Part shown: positions 43,078 to 53,240 of the stretch, one piece after another | Numbering within the stretch: the stretch's first letter is position 1 | Layout of the letters: every line of letters begins with the position of its first letter | Origin: Escherichia coli | GTDB lineage: Bacteria; Pseudomonadota; Gammaproteobacteria; Enterobacterales; Enterobacteriaceae | DNA length: 64,000 nt | Assembly: GCF_001677475.2 (NCBI RefSeq) | Contig: NZ_CP015229.1 | Reading direction: 5' to 3' (one strand) | Notes under the pieces: generated by a model | The model's input: only the letters and a program-made list of their open reading frames with translations | What the model was told of the DNA's origin: nothing | Database searches by the model: none | Made by a program: the position numbers and the translations under genes

Positions 43078-44465
43078 TTCAACAACATCTCCAAAAACCG
43101 TTGCTCATCTTCAAGGCAGCGTAAATCCAGCCACAATCGTCCGTCATAAATACGACCAATCACCGGCACTGGCAATTCACGCCAGCGGGCGGCTAATGAC
43201 TCAAGGTGGCTACCGCGTCCATCATGGGGTGTAAACGTTAATGCCGCGCTCGGCAGGCGATCAACCGGCAGCGAACCACTGCCAATCTGCGAAAGACATG
43301 GCATAACCTGGACTGCAAACTCCGCGCCGTAATGTGCGGCAAGGGGAGCCTGTAAACGTTGTGCCTGGATTTGAATGACCTCTGCGCTGCGGGTAAGCAG
43401 GCGCAGGGTCGGTAATTTTTCACTCAGCGCCTCAGGGTGTAAATAAAGACGCAGCGTGGCTTCCAGCGCCGCGAGGGTCATTTTATCCGCGCGTAATGCA
43501 CGCTTCAGTGGATGGCTTTGCAGGCGGGCGATCATCTCTTTTTTACCAACGATAATCCCTGCCTGCGGCCCGCCTAACAACTTGTCGCCGGAGAAGCTCA
43601 CCAGGCTGACGCCCGCCGCAATCAACTCCTGCGGCATCGGCTCTTTCGGCAAACCGTACTGGCTAAGATCGACCAGCGAACCACTGCCTAAATCAGTCAC
43701 TACGGGAACATCCAGTTCTTTGCCAAGCGCCACCAGTTCAGCTTCATCTATCGCTTTGGTGAACCCCTGAATGCTGTAGTTACTGGTATGTACTTTCATC
43801 AACAGTGCGGTATTTTCATTCACCGCCTGACGATAATCATTCGCGTGCGTGCGGTTGGTGGTCCCCACTTCGTGCAGGGTACAGCCAGCCTGACGCATGA
43901 CGTCAGGGATACGAAACGCGCCGCCGATCTCCACCAGTTCGCCACGAGACACCACCACCTCTTTACCGCTGGCAGTGGCCGCCAACATCAATAACACCGC
44001 CGCCGCATTGTTATTAACGATACAGGCATCTTCCGCCCCCGTAATACGGCACAGCAGCTGCGCCAGCGCACGATCGCGATGTCCGCGTCCGGCGTCGTCC
44101 AGATCGTACTCCAGCGTCACCGGCGAACGCATAGCCTGCGCAACGGCTTCCACCGCGGCTTCTGCCTGTAAAGCTCGCCCAAGATTGGTATGCAGCACGG
44201 TTCCCGTCAGGTTGATCACCGGACGCAGCGCGCTCTGCGCTTCTTTCGTCAACCGGGCATCGACTTCTTGCGCCCAGTTCTCACACCACGCGGGCAGCGT
44301 CTGGCTGTCACGAATCACTTCTCGCGCTTCGTCAAGCATCTGACGCAGCAATTCCACCACGCGGGTGTGACCATAAGTATCACGCAAAGAAAGGAAGGAG
44401 CTATCGCGCAATAAGCGATCAATAGCCGGAAGTTGACTATAGAGGGAACGCGTTTCGGTTGTCAT
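43074..44465 (-). CDS. selA: L-seryl-tRNA(Sec) selenium transferase
   Basis: 463-aa ORF recognised as SelA ([21 protein letters not shown]...); candidate PLP-lysine region [13 protein letters not shown]. Confidence 0.95.
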   Translation of the reverse strand: MTTETRSLYSQLPAIDRLLRDSSFLSLRDTYGHTRVVELLRQMLDEAREVIRDSQTLPAWCENWAQEVDARLTKEAQSALRPVINLTGTVLHTNLGRALQAEAAVEAVAQAMRSPVTLEYDLDDAGRGHRDRALAQLLCRITGAEDACIVNNNAAAVLLMLAATASGKEVVVSRGELVEIGGAFRIPDVMRQAGCTLHEVGTTNRTHANDYRQAVNENTALLMKVHTSNYSIQGFTKAIDEAELVALGKELDVPVVTDLGSGSLVDLSQYGLPKEPMPQELIAAGVSLVSFSGDKLLGGPQAGIIVGKKEMIARLQSHPLKRALRADKMTLAALEATLRLYLHPEALSEKLPTLRLLTRSAEVIQIQAQRLQAPLAAHYGAEFAVQVMPCLSQIGSGSLPVDRLPSAALTFTPHDGRGSHLESLAARWRELPVPVIGRIYDGRLWLDLRCLEDEQRFLEMLLK

Positions 44466-44562
44466 AGGAAACCTGGCTAATCAAGGCTCTCTCACACGGA
44501 GAAGGGCGTTTAACATAACCACGGATTGTAACGTGAGATGGGTCAGGAGGACATATCGCGCA

Positions 44563-45171
44563 TCAAGCCTTTGGCGGTTCGGTGCGAGCAAAACTTTCGC
44601 GGCTAAACAGGTTTTCGACCAGTTTGACTAAGTGTGGGCGGTCGACACACCAGCCTGGCGCAACGCGGCGGAAATTGAGATATCCGACGGCACAGGCAAT
44701 GGCGATAGTCGCCAGATTGACCGTATCGGTTTTGAGTGTGCCATCGACCAGATATCCTTCCAGCACATCCAGACTGCGGTTGATTTTCTCCCGCTGGCGT
44801 AACAATTCATCTTCAGACTGCTGCGCCGCCGGACGCGCCTGTTCGCGCACCGACACCAGCCCGGCATCCATAATACCGTCGGCCAGCGCCTCAATTTTAC
44901 GCACTCGCAACGACTCCAGCGGATCGCGCGGCAACATCGCCGGAGCGACATTCATTAATTCAATATATTCGGCAATGATCGGCGAATCAAACCAACATTC
45001 GCCCTCTTCGGTCACCAGCACCGGCACTTTCCCTAACGGGTTAAATTGCGCCACGCCGTTGTCCGCGTTATAGGGCAGCTCATTAATAAATTCGAAAGTT
45101 ATGCCCTTTTCTAACAACAGAATAGAAAGTTTGCGTACAAACGGGCTGGTGTAGCTACCGACGAGTTTCAT
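44563..45171 (-). CDS. yibF: Glutathione S-transferase-family protein YibF
   Basis: 202 aa; N-terminal thioredoxin-like GST domain ([28 protein letters not shown]). Confidence 0.88.
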
Positions 45172-45241
45172 GCCGAGTCCTTTGTGCGAGGAAAAATATC
45201 AGTATGGCTCAGGCTCGCGCAAAACACAGGTGACATAAGTC

Positions 45242-46378
45242 TCAATGATCCAAATAAAGATAATGCATCCAACTGGTCATTCTCAGCAGCACCTTCCGCA
45301 TCACCGAAACATGGCTGAAATGGTCGGAGTAAACTGCTACCTGGGCGTAAATGCCGTCGGGTAAGGCATCGATATCATCGTTGGGGTCCAGTTCAATGGT
45401 TCCCAGCACACCGTCCGTGCCGGGCACGACCGTTAATGATTGCAATACCCCCTGCGCCTGATAAGAACCGCCTGGCACGACAGGTAAAATACTGGTCAGT
45501 TTGCCGTGGAACACCTGCCCAGGTAGCGCGTTAAACACCACTTCCGCATCATCGCCGGGTTTCAGACGTAACAGCGAGTTCTGCCGAAATTGGGCGACAA
45601 TTTGCCGTTTTTGCTCGGGGATGAAAACCATCACCGGACGTAGCGGCAAGGCAGCTGCGTATGTACCTGGGCGGATCAGTACCTGAGTAACGTAGCCATT
45701 GCTTGGTGCGCGAATGACAGTCTGCTCAAGGTTATATTTTGCTTCAGTAAGTTGCGCTCTTAAGCTCACAATCTGCGACTGCTCGCCGTTAACCATACTG
45801 TCGAGCTGGCTCTGGATCTGCGCCTGCTCCGCCACCGAGCCTTTCACCAGCGCGTCCTGCGCGAGGAAGTTTTGCCGCGCATCGTCGATGTCACGTTCCG
45901 AGAACGGATTCACCGCCGCCTGGCTACCTTTCAGGTAACGTTGATAATTTTTAAACAGACGGTCGCGCTCCGCTGAAACCTGGGTGGTGTTGGCCTGCGC
46001 TTCAGTGAGCTGGGCGCGCAGCGTCTTTATATTATGCGTCGCCGTCATCAGGTCAGCCTGAAGTCTGTCAACTCGCGCCTGGTAACGAACCGGGTCGAGT
46101 TTAAAAAGCACCTCGCCCTTTTGAATAAGCTGATTATTCTTGTCAGTGACTTCAGTAACAATTCCCGTCACCTGTGGCGTGATGGGGATCGCTATCACTG
46201 CCTTTTGCGCGGTAAAAGTGTAAGGATGGTTGTAGTTCATCAATAAAATCAAACCACTCACCAGAAATACGCCTCCCAACGCCGCCGTCGCCAGCGTCCA
46301 CTGATTCACCGGAATGCGGAAGATTTTAAATACTGCCCATGCCAGCGCCACGTAAGTTAAAACAATTAACAGATCCAT
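45242..46378 (-). CDS. yibH: HlyD-family membrane-fusion-type protein YibH (paralog of YiaV)
   Basis: 378 aa; same architecture as yiaV; the N-terminal region and the last ~30 residues are near-identical to YiaV (differing at one position in the final 30, V/M). Confidence 0.85.
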   Translation of the reverse strand: MDLLIVLTYVALAWAVFKIFRIPVNQWTLATAALGGVFLVSGLILLMNYNHPYTFTAQKAVIAIPITPQVTGIVTEVTDKNNQLIQKGEVLFKLDPVRYQARVDRLQADLMTATHNIKTLRAQLTEAQANTTQVSAERDRLFKNYQRYLKGSQAAVNPFSERDIDDARQNFLAQDALVKGSVAEQAQIQSQLDSMVNGEQSQIVSLRAQLTEAKYNLEQTVIRAPSNGYVTQVLIRPGTYAAALPLRPVMVFIPEQKRQIVAQFRQNSLLRLKPGDDAEVVFNALPGQVFHGKLTSILPVVPGGSYQAQGVLQSLTVVPGTDGVLGTIELDPNDDIDALPDGIYAQVAVYSDHFSHVSVMRKVLLRMTSWMHYLYLDH

Positions 46379-46380
46379 AA

Positions 46381-46743
46381 TCAGATCTCCGGGAACGTGG
46401 AATAGTCACTCTTTTTTTCAGCTGCAAGTTGGTGCTCCAGCCGGGAAATACGGTCAGAAAGTGCGGCGATTTCCGGGTCAGTCACTTTCTCCTGCGACGC
46501 AACATGTGACTGCATGCCCCAGCCGCGCTCCGGTTGATAGAGCGTCGCCCAGATCCACAGAAACGGCCAGATAACATGCAGAGTAAACAGGCTAACCCAG
46601 CCCGCCGTATGAATAGCGTCGGCATGGGGATGGTTGCGCTTTTTGGCAATCAAATAAGGGATGTCATGTATCGCGATGATTCCATAAAAAATCACCAGAA
46701 AGACGAAGATCAGCACTCCCAACGCGAAGTAGTTTAGAAACAT
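46381..46743 (-). CDS. yibI: Small inner-membrane protein YibI (DUF3302-type, paralog of YiaW)
   Basis: 120 aa; N-terminal region near-identical to YiaW, C-terminal tail divergent; stop is 2 nt from the yibH start; GAGG Shine-Dalgarno. Confidence 0.85.
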   Translation of the reverse strand: MFLNYFALGVLIFVFLVIFYGIIAIHDIPYLIAKKRNHPHADAIHTAGWVSLFTLHVIWPFLWIWATLYQPERGWGMQSHVASQEKVTDPEIAALSDRISRLEHQLAAEKKSDYSTFPEI

Positions 46744-47279
46744 ATCTGCCTCGGATTCACGCTTATCAGTGTTGTTTTTTGGCTGGCAGCCGGAAGGGAG
46801 TCAGGCTGATACTTTGACATTAATCTGCGTTTGCCAATCTCGCCATCACACCGAAGGATAATTTTAAAAGGCGATGAGTTGCTCAGTTACAAAACTGTCT
46901 TAAGGCAAAGTCAGAACATGTTGCAGATCACATCAGGTGAATTACCGAAGAAAATATCTTGTGATTCAGATCACAAAAATCTAACAAACCATCAAAACAA
47001 AAATGTGACATTACTCACATTTAAATGCCATTTTTAGCGAAAATCGCCGCCTTGTTGCTTTTTTACACAAGCGTTTTGTGATGAACGTCACGCCAATTAC
47101 CTCTCTACCCCCTATATTTATGTGACTGATATCACACAAAAGACCGTCGACTGGACAGTTAACCGATTCAGTGCCAGATTTCGCAGTATCTACAAGGTCC
47201 GGCTACCTCTGCCGCCACATTAACAAAAAACCTCGGGCTTCCAGCCTGCGCGACAGCAAACATAAGAAGGGGTGTTTTT
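46744..47279 (+). promoter_or_regulatory. mtlADR promoter/operator region
   Basis: 536-bp AT-rich non-coding region upstream of mtlA; known to carry the sigma70 promoter with CRP and MtlR operators. Individual sites were not mapped here. Confidence 0.5.
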
Positions 47280-49193
47280 ATGTCATCCGATATTAAGATC
47301 AAAGTGCAAAGCTTTGGTCGTTTCCTCAGCAACATGGTGATGCCAAATATCGGCGCGTTTATCGCGTGGGGTATCATCACCGCGTTATTTATTCCAACAG
47401 GGTGGTTACCGAACGAAACGCTGGCGAAGCTGGTCGGGCCGATGATCACTTATCTCCTGCCGCTGCTGATCGGTTATACCGGTGGTAAGCTGGTAGGCGG
47501 CGAACGTGGCGGCGTAGTCGGTGCCATTACCACCATGGGCGTTATCGTCGGCGCAGACATGCCGATGTTCCTCGGTTCTATGATTGCAGGTCCGCTGGGC
47601 GGCTGGTGCATTAAGCACTTCGACCGCTGGGTAGACGGTAAGATCAAATCCGGTTTTGAGATGCTGGTGAATAACTTCTCCGCAGGCATCATCGGGATGA
47701 TCCTCGCTATTCTGGCATTCCTCGGCATTGGCCCGATTGTTGAAGCCCTGTCCAAAATGCTGGCTGCGGGCGTTAACTTCATGGTTGTCCATGACATGCT
47801 GCCGCTGGCGTCTATCTTTGTTGAACCGGCGAAAATCCTGTTCCTCAACAACGCCATTAACCACGGTATCTTCTCGCCGCTGGGCATTCAGCAGTCCCAT
47901 GAACTGGGTAAATCCATCTTCTTCCTGATTGAAGCTAACCCAGGTCCAGGTATGGGCGTGCTGCTGGCGTACATGTTCTTTGGTCGTGGCAGTGCTAAAC
48001 AATCTGCGGGCGGTGCGGCAATCATCCACTTCCTGGGTGGTATCCACGAAATCTACTTCCCGTATGTGCTGATGAATCCGCGTCTGATTCTGGCCGTTAT
48101 TCTCGGCGGTATGACTGGCGTGTTCACGCTAACTATCCTGGGCGGTGGTCTGGTTTCTCCGGCATCTCCAGGTTCTATCCTTGCGGTACTGGCGATGACA
48201 CCAAAAGGTGCTTATTTCGCTAACATCGCGGGTGTGTGTGCGGCGATGGCTGTCTCCTTCGTTGTCTCTGCTATTTTGCTGAAAACCAGCAAAGTGAAAG
48301 AAGAAGATGATATTGAAGCAGCAACTCGTCGTATGCAGGACATGAAAGCTGAGTCTAAAGGTGCGTCTCCGCTGTCTGCGGGCGATGTGACTAACGACCT
48401 GAGCCACGTACGTAAAATCATCGTTGCCTGTGACGCCGGTATGGGTTCCAGTGCAATGGGCGCAGGCGTGCTGCGTAAGAAAATTCAGGATGCAGGTCTG
48501 TCGCAGATTTCGGTCACTAACAGCGCGATCAACAACCTGCCGCCAGATGTGGACCTGGTCATCACTCACCGTGACCTGACCGAACGCGCTATGCGCCAGG
48601 TTCCGCAGGCACAGCATATTTCGCTGACCAACTTCCTCGACAGCGGCTTGTACACCAGCCTGACCGAACGTCTGGTTGCTGCCCAGCGCCATACTGAAAA
48701 CGAAGTAAAAGTGAAAGACAGTCTGAAAGACAGCTTTGACGATTCCAGTGCTAACCTGTTCAAGCTAGGCGCGGAGAACATCTTCCTCGGTCGCAAAGCG
48801 GCCACCAAAGAAGAAGCGATTCGTTTTGCTGGCGAGCAACTGGTGAAAGGCGGTTACGTTGAGCCGGAATATGTTCAGGCGATGCTGGATCGTGAAAAAC
48901 TGACCCCGACTTATCTGGGTGAGTCTATCGCGGTGCCACACGGTACGGTTGAAGCGAAAGATCGCGTACTCAAAACGGGCGTCGTGTTCTGCCAGTACCC
49001 GGAAGGCGTACGCTTCGGTGAAGAAGAAGATGACATTGCCCGTCTGGTGATTGGTATTGCTGCCCGTAACAACGAGCACATTCAGGTTATAACCAGCCTG
49101 ACCAATGCACTGGATGATGAGACTGTCATCGAGCGTCTGGCACACACCACCAGCGTGGATGAAGTGCTGGAACTGCTGGCAGGTCGTAAGTAA
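47280..49193 (+). CDS. mtlA: PTS mannitol-specific EIICBA component
   Basis: 637-aa ORF recognised as MtlA: N-terminal polytopic EIIC, then EIIB (candidate phospho-cysteine in IVACDAGMGSS) and C-terminal EIIA. Confidence 0.97.
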   Translation: MSSDIKIKVQSFGRFLSNMVMPNIGAFIAWGIITALFIPTGWLPNETLAKLVGPMITYLLPLLIGYTGGKLVGGERGGVVGAITTMGVIVGADMPMFLGSMIAGPLGGWCIKHFDRWVDGKIKSGFEMLVNNFSAGIIGMILAILAFLGIGPIVEALSKMLAAGVNFMVVHDMLPLASIFVEPAKILFLNNAINHGIFSPLGIQQSHELGKSIFFLIEANPGPGMGVLLAYMFFGRGSAKQSAGGAAIIHFLGGIHEIYFPYVLMNPRLILAVILGGMTGVFTLTILGGGLVSPASPGSILAVLAMTPKGAYFANIAGVCAAMAVSFVVSAILLKTSKVKEEDDIEAATRRMQDMKAESKGASPLSAGDVTNDLSHVRKIIVACDAGMGSSAMGAGVLRKKIQDAGLSQISVTNSAINNLPPDVDLVITHRDLTERAMRQVPQAQHISLTNFLDSGLYTSLTERLVAAQRHTENEVKVKDSLKDSFDDSSANLFKLGAENIFLGRKAATKEEAIRFAGEQLVKGGYVEPEYVQAMLDREKLTPTYLGESIAVPHGTVEAKDRVLKTGVVFCQYPEGVRFGEEEDDIARLVIGIAARNNEHIQVITSLTNALDDETVIERLAHTTSVDEVLELLAGRK

Positions 49194-49197
49194 TCCA

Positions 49198-49385
<188 letters not shown>

Positions 49386-49421
49386 CCCTCTCGGGTAAAA
49401 ACATTGATGAAGGTTAATACT

Positions 49422-50570
49422 ATGAAAGCATTACATTTTGGCGCAGGTAATATCGGTCGTGGCTTTATCGGTAAACTGCTGGCAGACGCGGGTATCCAAC
49501 TGACGTTTGCCGATGTCAATCAGGTGGTACTTGATGCCCTGAATGCCCGTCATAGCTATCAGGTTCATGTGGTCGGTGAAACCGAGCAGGTAGATACCGT
49601 TTCCGGCGTCAATGCCGTCAGCAGCATTGGTGATGATGTCGTTGATCTGATTGCTCAGGTTGATTTAGTCACTACCGCCGTTGGTCCGGTTGTGCTGGAA
49701 CGTATTGCCCCGGCAATCGCCAAAGGGCTGGTGAAACGTAAAGAACAAGGTAATGAATCCCCGCTGAACATCATCGCTTGTGAAAACATGGTCCGCGGCA
49801 CCACACAGCTGAAAGGCCATGTGATGAACGCCCTGCCGGAAGATGCCAAAGCGTGGGTAGAAGAACACGTTGGCTTTGTTGATTCCGCCGTTGACCGCAT
49901 CGTGCCGCCTTCGGCTTCTGCAACCAACGATCCGCTGGAAGTGACGGTAGAAACATTCAGCGAATGGATTGTCGATAAAACTCAGTTCAAAGGCACGCTG
50001 CCAAACATTCCTGGTATGGAGTTAACCGACAACCTGATGGCGTTTGTCGAACGTAAACTCTTCACCCTGAACACGGGTCATGCTATAACCGCGTACCTCG
50101 GAAAACTGGCCGGTCATCAGACCATTCGTGACGCTATTCTCGACGAGAAAATCCGCGCGGTGGTTAAAGGTGCGATGGAAGAAAGTGGTGCAGTATTGAT
50201 CAAGCGCTACGGCTTTGACGCTGACAAGCATGCGGCGTACATCCAGAAAATCCTCGGCCGTTTCGAGAACCCGTATCTGAAAGATGATGTAGAGCGCGTA
50301 GGCCGTCAGCCGCTGCGTAAACTGAGTGCTGGCGACCGTCTGATCAAGCCACTGCTGGGTACGCTGGAATACGGCCTTCCGCACAAGAATCTGATTCAGG
50401 GGATTGCTGGTGCAATGCACTTCCGCAGTGAAGATGATCCGCAGGCTCAGGAGCTGGCAGCACTGATCGCTGACAAAGGCCCGCAGGCGGCGCTGGCACA
50501 GATTTCCGGTCTTGATGCCAACAGCGAGGTTGTATCCGAGGCGGTAACCGCTTATAAAGCAATGCAATAA
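49422..50570 (+). CDS. mtlD: Mannitol-1-phosphate 5-dehydrogenase
   Basis: Start at internal ATG 49422 ([20 protein letters not shown]...), 382 aa; NAD-binding GAGNIGRG; the upstream part of the ORF is the palindrome-rich spacer. Confidence 0.96.
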   Translation: MKALHFGAGNIGRGFIGKLLADAGIQLTFADVNQVVLDALNARHSYQVHVVGETEQVDTVSGVNAVSSIGDDVVDLIAQVDLVTTAVGPVVLERIAPAIAKGLVKRKEQGNESPLNIIACENMVRGTTQLKGHVMNALPEDAKAWVEEHVGFVDSAVDRIVPPSASATNDPLEVTVETFSEWIVDKTQFKGTLPNIPGMELTDNLMAFVERKLFTLNTGHAITAYLGKLAGHQTIRDAILDEKIRAVVKGAMEESGAVLIKRYGFDADKHAAYIQKILGRFENPYLKDDVERVGRQPLRKLSAGDRLIKPLLGTLEYGLPHKNLIQGIAGAMHFRSEDDPQAQELAALIADKGPQAALAQISGLDANSEVVSEAVTAYKAMQ

Positions 50571-51157
50571 TGGTGGACCAGGCGCAGGACACCCTGCGCC
50601 CGAATAACAGATTGTCAGATATGCAGGCAACAATGGAACAAACCCAGGCCTTTGAAAACCGTGTGCTTGAGCGTCTGAATGCTGGCAAAACCGTGCGAAG
50701 CTTTCTGATCACCGCCGTCGAGCTTTTGACCGAGGCGGTAAATCTTCTGGTGCTTCAGGTATTCCGCAAAGACGATTACGCGGTGAAGTATGCTGTAGAA
50801 CCGTTACTCGACGGCGACGGTCCGCTGGGCGATCTTTCTGTGCGTTTAAAACTCATTTACGGGTTGGGTGTCATTAACCGCCAGGAATACGAAGATGCGG
50901 AGCTACTGATGGCATTGCGTGAAGAGCTAAATCACGACGGCAACGAGTACGCGTTTACCGATGATGAAATCCTTGGACCCTTTGGTGAACTGCATTGCGT
51001 GGCGGCGTTACCACCGCCGCCACAGTTTGAACTTGCAGACGCCAGTTTGTATGCAATGCAAATTCAGCGTTACCAACAGGCTGTGCGATCAACAATGGTC
51101 CTTTCACTGACAGAGCTGATTTCCAAAATCAGCTTAAAAAAAGCCTTTCAAAAGTAA
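50570..51157 (+). CDS. mtlR: Mannitol operon repressor
   Basis: 195-aa ORF recognised as MtlR; ATG shares one nucleotide with the mtlD stop (TAATG). Confidence 0.92.
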   Translation: MVDQAQDTLRPNNRLSDMQATMEQTQAFENRVLERLNAGKTVRSFLITAVELLTEAVNLLVLQVFRKDDYAVKYAVEPLLDGDGPLGDLSVRLKLIYGLGVINRQEYEDAELLMALREELNHDGNEYAFTDDEILGPFGELHCVAALPPPPQFELADASLYAMQIQRYQQAVRSTMVLSLTELISKISLKKAFQK

Positions 51158-51167
51158 GTACTTTCGC

Positions 51168-51377
51168 TTACTTCTCCTCTACCTGTTTCGGCCGATAAAG
51201 CCGACGATAATACTCCAGACGTTGTAGATATAACGGCACGCTTTCATCAGGTATTCCGGACGGAATCGCGTTACGGGGAGGTAGTTTTTTCAGATACTCC
51301 CGGAACGCCTGGCTGGATGCCATGAAATCTACGGCTTTATCGATAAGAAGCGGAACGTTTTCACCTAATTTGCCCAT
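51168..51377 (-). CDS. yibT: Small uncharacterised protein YibT
   Basis: 69-aa [44 protein letters not shown]...; position as in K-12. Confidence 0.75.
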   Translation of the reverse strand: MGKLGENVPLLIDKAVDFMASSQAFREYLKKLPPRNAIPSGIPDESVPLYLQRLEYYRRLYRPKQVEEK

Positions 51378-51660
51378 GATGATATCTCCGAATTACCCCG
51401 CGCCGGGAATGCGCGGCCGCCAATTTTAGTTTAGATCCCGGTATAAATGACATTAAGGAAAACGTGCTCAATCCTCAATAATCATCCGCTTCTGTTAATT
51501 ATCTTTTTTCTATAAATTTCTTAGTTAATCAACAAATTGCGTGCTTTTTAAGCAAGTTAATGATTACGTTATAGAACTATTGCAATGTCATCAGTTGTGA
51601 ACAAAGCACCTGGTCGCGCATACTAGGGGCTATAAATTTATCTTTATCAGAAGTCATCAC

Positions 51661-52023
51661 ATGAAAGAAGTCGAAAAAAACGAAATCAAACGTCTCAGCG
51701 ATCGTCTGGACGCCATCCGTCACCAGCAGGCCGATCTGTCGCTGGTTGAAGCCGCAGACAAATATGCCGAACTGGAAAAAGAGAAAGCTACGCTGGAAGC
51801 TGAAATTGCCCGCCTGCGTGAAGTTCATAGCCAGAAACTCAGCAAAGAAGCACAAAAGCTGATGAAGATGCCGTTCCAGCGTGCGATTACCAAAAAAGAA
51901 CAAGCCGATATGGGTAAGCTGAAGAAGAGTGTCCGTGGGTTAGTCGTAGTGCATCCGATGACCGCACTGGGTCGTGAAATGGGTCTGCAAGAGATGACCG
52001 GGTTCTCAAAGACAGCGTTTTAA
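51661..52023 (+). CDS. yibL: Uncharacterised coiled-coil protein YibL
   Basis: 120-aa [45 protein letters not shown]... Confidence 0.8.
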
Positions 52024-52513
52024 CCCTCTTACCTGTATATCTCCCTCACATCCCGCGTTTCTAAATGCGGGATGCAACAAATATCCTCCTCTTTTTCCTC
52101 TGTTACCTCGTAGAGTCTACTTTTTACCAATGGCACTAAATCTGAAAATGCATTCAGTAAAAGGTTTGGTTCGACGCCTAAAAATGGAAGATATCATTCA
52201 TAAAATAAAACTTTTGCCGTTATTTTTTCCATCTACATTCTAAAAACTCACCCAAAACATTTATTGTGTGAATATTAAATGAAAGCTATTTTTCTGCTTT
52301 AAATGCAGTGTTTGACATCTGATAACCCTCCTCATTAAAATCCGCCTCCCTAACACAATTAAACAATTTTAAAACTTAATAAATAATTTTCATAACAAAT
52401 ATATTCGCAACATTCATAAAGCCAGCCGTATAAATCGCAAAAGCATCAACCACAAATGGACACATCCCTTAGACCGCGTTGGTATCAGGGATGATATGTA
52501 AGGATAACTTTAT

Positions 52514-53197
52514 ATGAAAGTGAATAAATTATTGATAAGCGTCCTGGCGGCTTCGACAATACTGATGCTGTCAGGTTGTGATTACGTCGAAAAAACGAAA
52601 GTCGTTGATGAACTCACAAAACAACAAGAAGAACAAAAGGCCAGAATTGATCAACTCGAAAAACGATTAGAACAAGAAACCAAAAAGACAAACACCATTG
52701 AAAAACAAAGCATTAGTCTGATAAACAGTACAAAGCTGCTGGCTCAGGTAGTGAAAGAGATTAAGCATCAGCAAGATACATTTGTCTTTACTGAATTTAA
52801 CCCCGATCAAACAAAATATTTCATTTTAAATAACGGTTCGGTAGGTATTGCCGGCAGGGTGTTATCTGTTGAAGCAATAGAAAATGGCAGTGTTATTCAT
52901 ATGTCATTGGCCAATTTATTAAGTGTTCCCGTATCAAATATTGGTTTTCATGCCACCTGGGGCGGTGAAAGACCGGGTGATCAAAAAGAATATGCCAAAT
53001 GGCAACAACTGCTATTTAGCACCAACATGAACTCCACGCTGAAATTATTACCAGGTCAATGGCAAGACATTAACTTGACGTTAAAAGGGGTGTCTCCCAA
53101 CAACCTGAAATACCTGAAGTTGGCTATTAATATGCAGAATATCAACTTCGACAACCTTCCACCTGCTGATAACCGGCAGAAAAAAAGCAAAAAATAA
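52514..53197 (+). CDS. Inner-membrane lipoprotein with coiled coil, SadB-like putative export helper for the downstream trimeric autotransporter
   Basis: 227 aa; signal peptide with lipobox LSGC followed by Asp at +2 (the inner-membrane retention signal); long coiled-coil (QQEEQKARIDQLEKRLEQETKK), then a beta-rich domain; Shine-Dalgarno AAGGA; AT-rich codon usage; 43 bp upstream of the adhesin gene on the same strand. Confidence 0.65.
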   Translation: MKVNKLLISVLAASTILMLSGCDYVEKTKVVDELTKQQEEQKARIDQLEKRLEQETKKTNTIEKQSISLINSTKLLAQVVKEIKHQQDTFVFTEFNPDQTKYFILNNGSVGIAGRVLSVEAIENGSVIHMSLANLLSVPVSNIGFHATWGGERPGDQKEYAKWQQLLFSTNMNSTLKLLPGQWQDINLTLKGVSPNNLKYLKLAINMQNINFDNLPPADNRQKKSKK

Positions 53198-53240
53198 ATG
53201 CAGTCATTGCACTTATATCAAGGAATAGAGAGCAACAACA

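Noticed and set aside
46831-47037. 68-aa ORF in the mtlA upstream region
   Set aside because: Sits in the AT-rich mtl promoter/operator region, with no ribosome-binding site and poor codon usage; more likely regulatory DNA.
47406-48692. Minus-strand ORFs of 137-213 aa inside mtlA
   Set aside because: Antisense shadow ORFs within the PTS mannitol permease gene.
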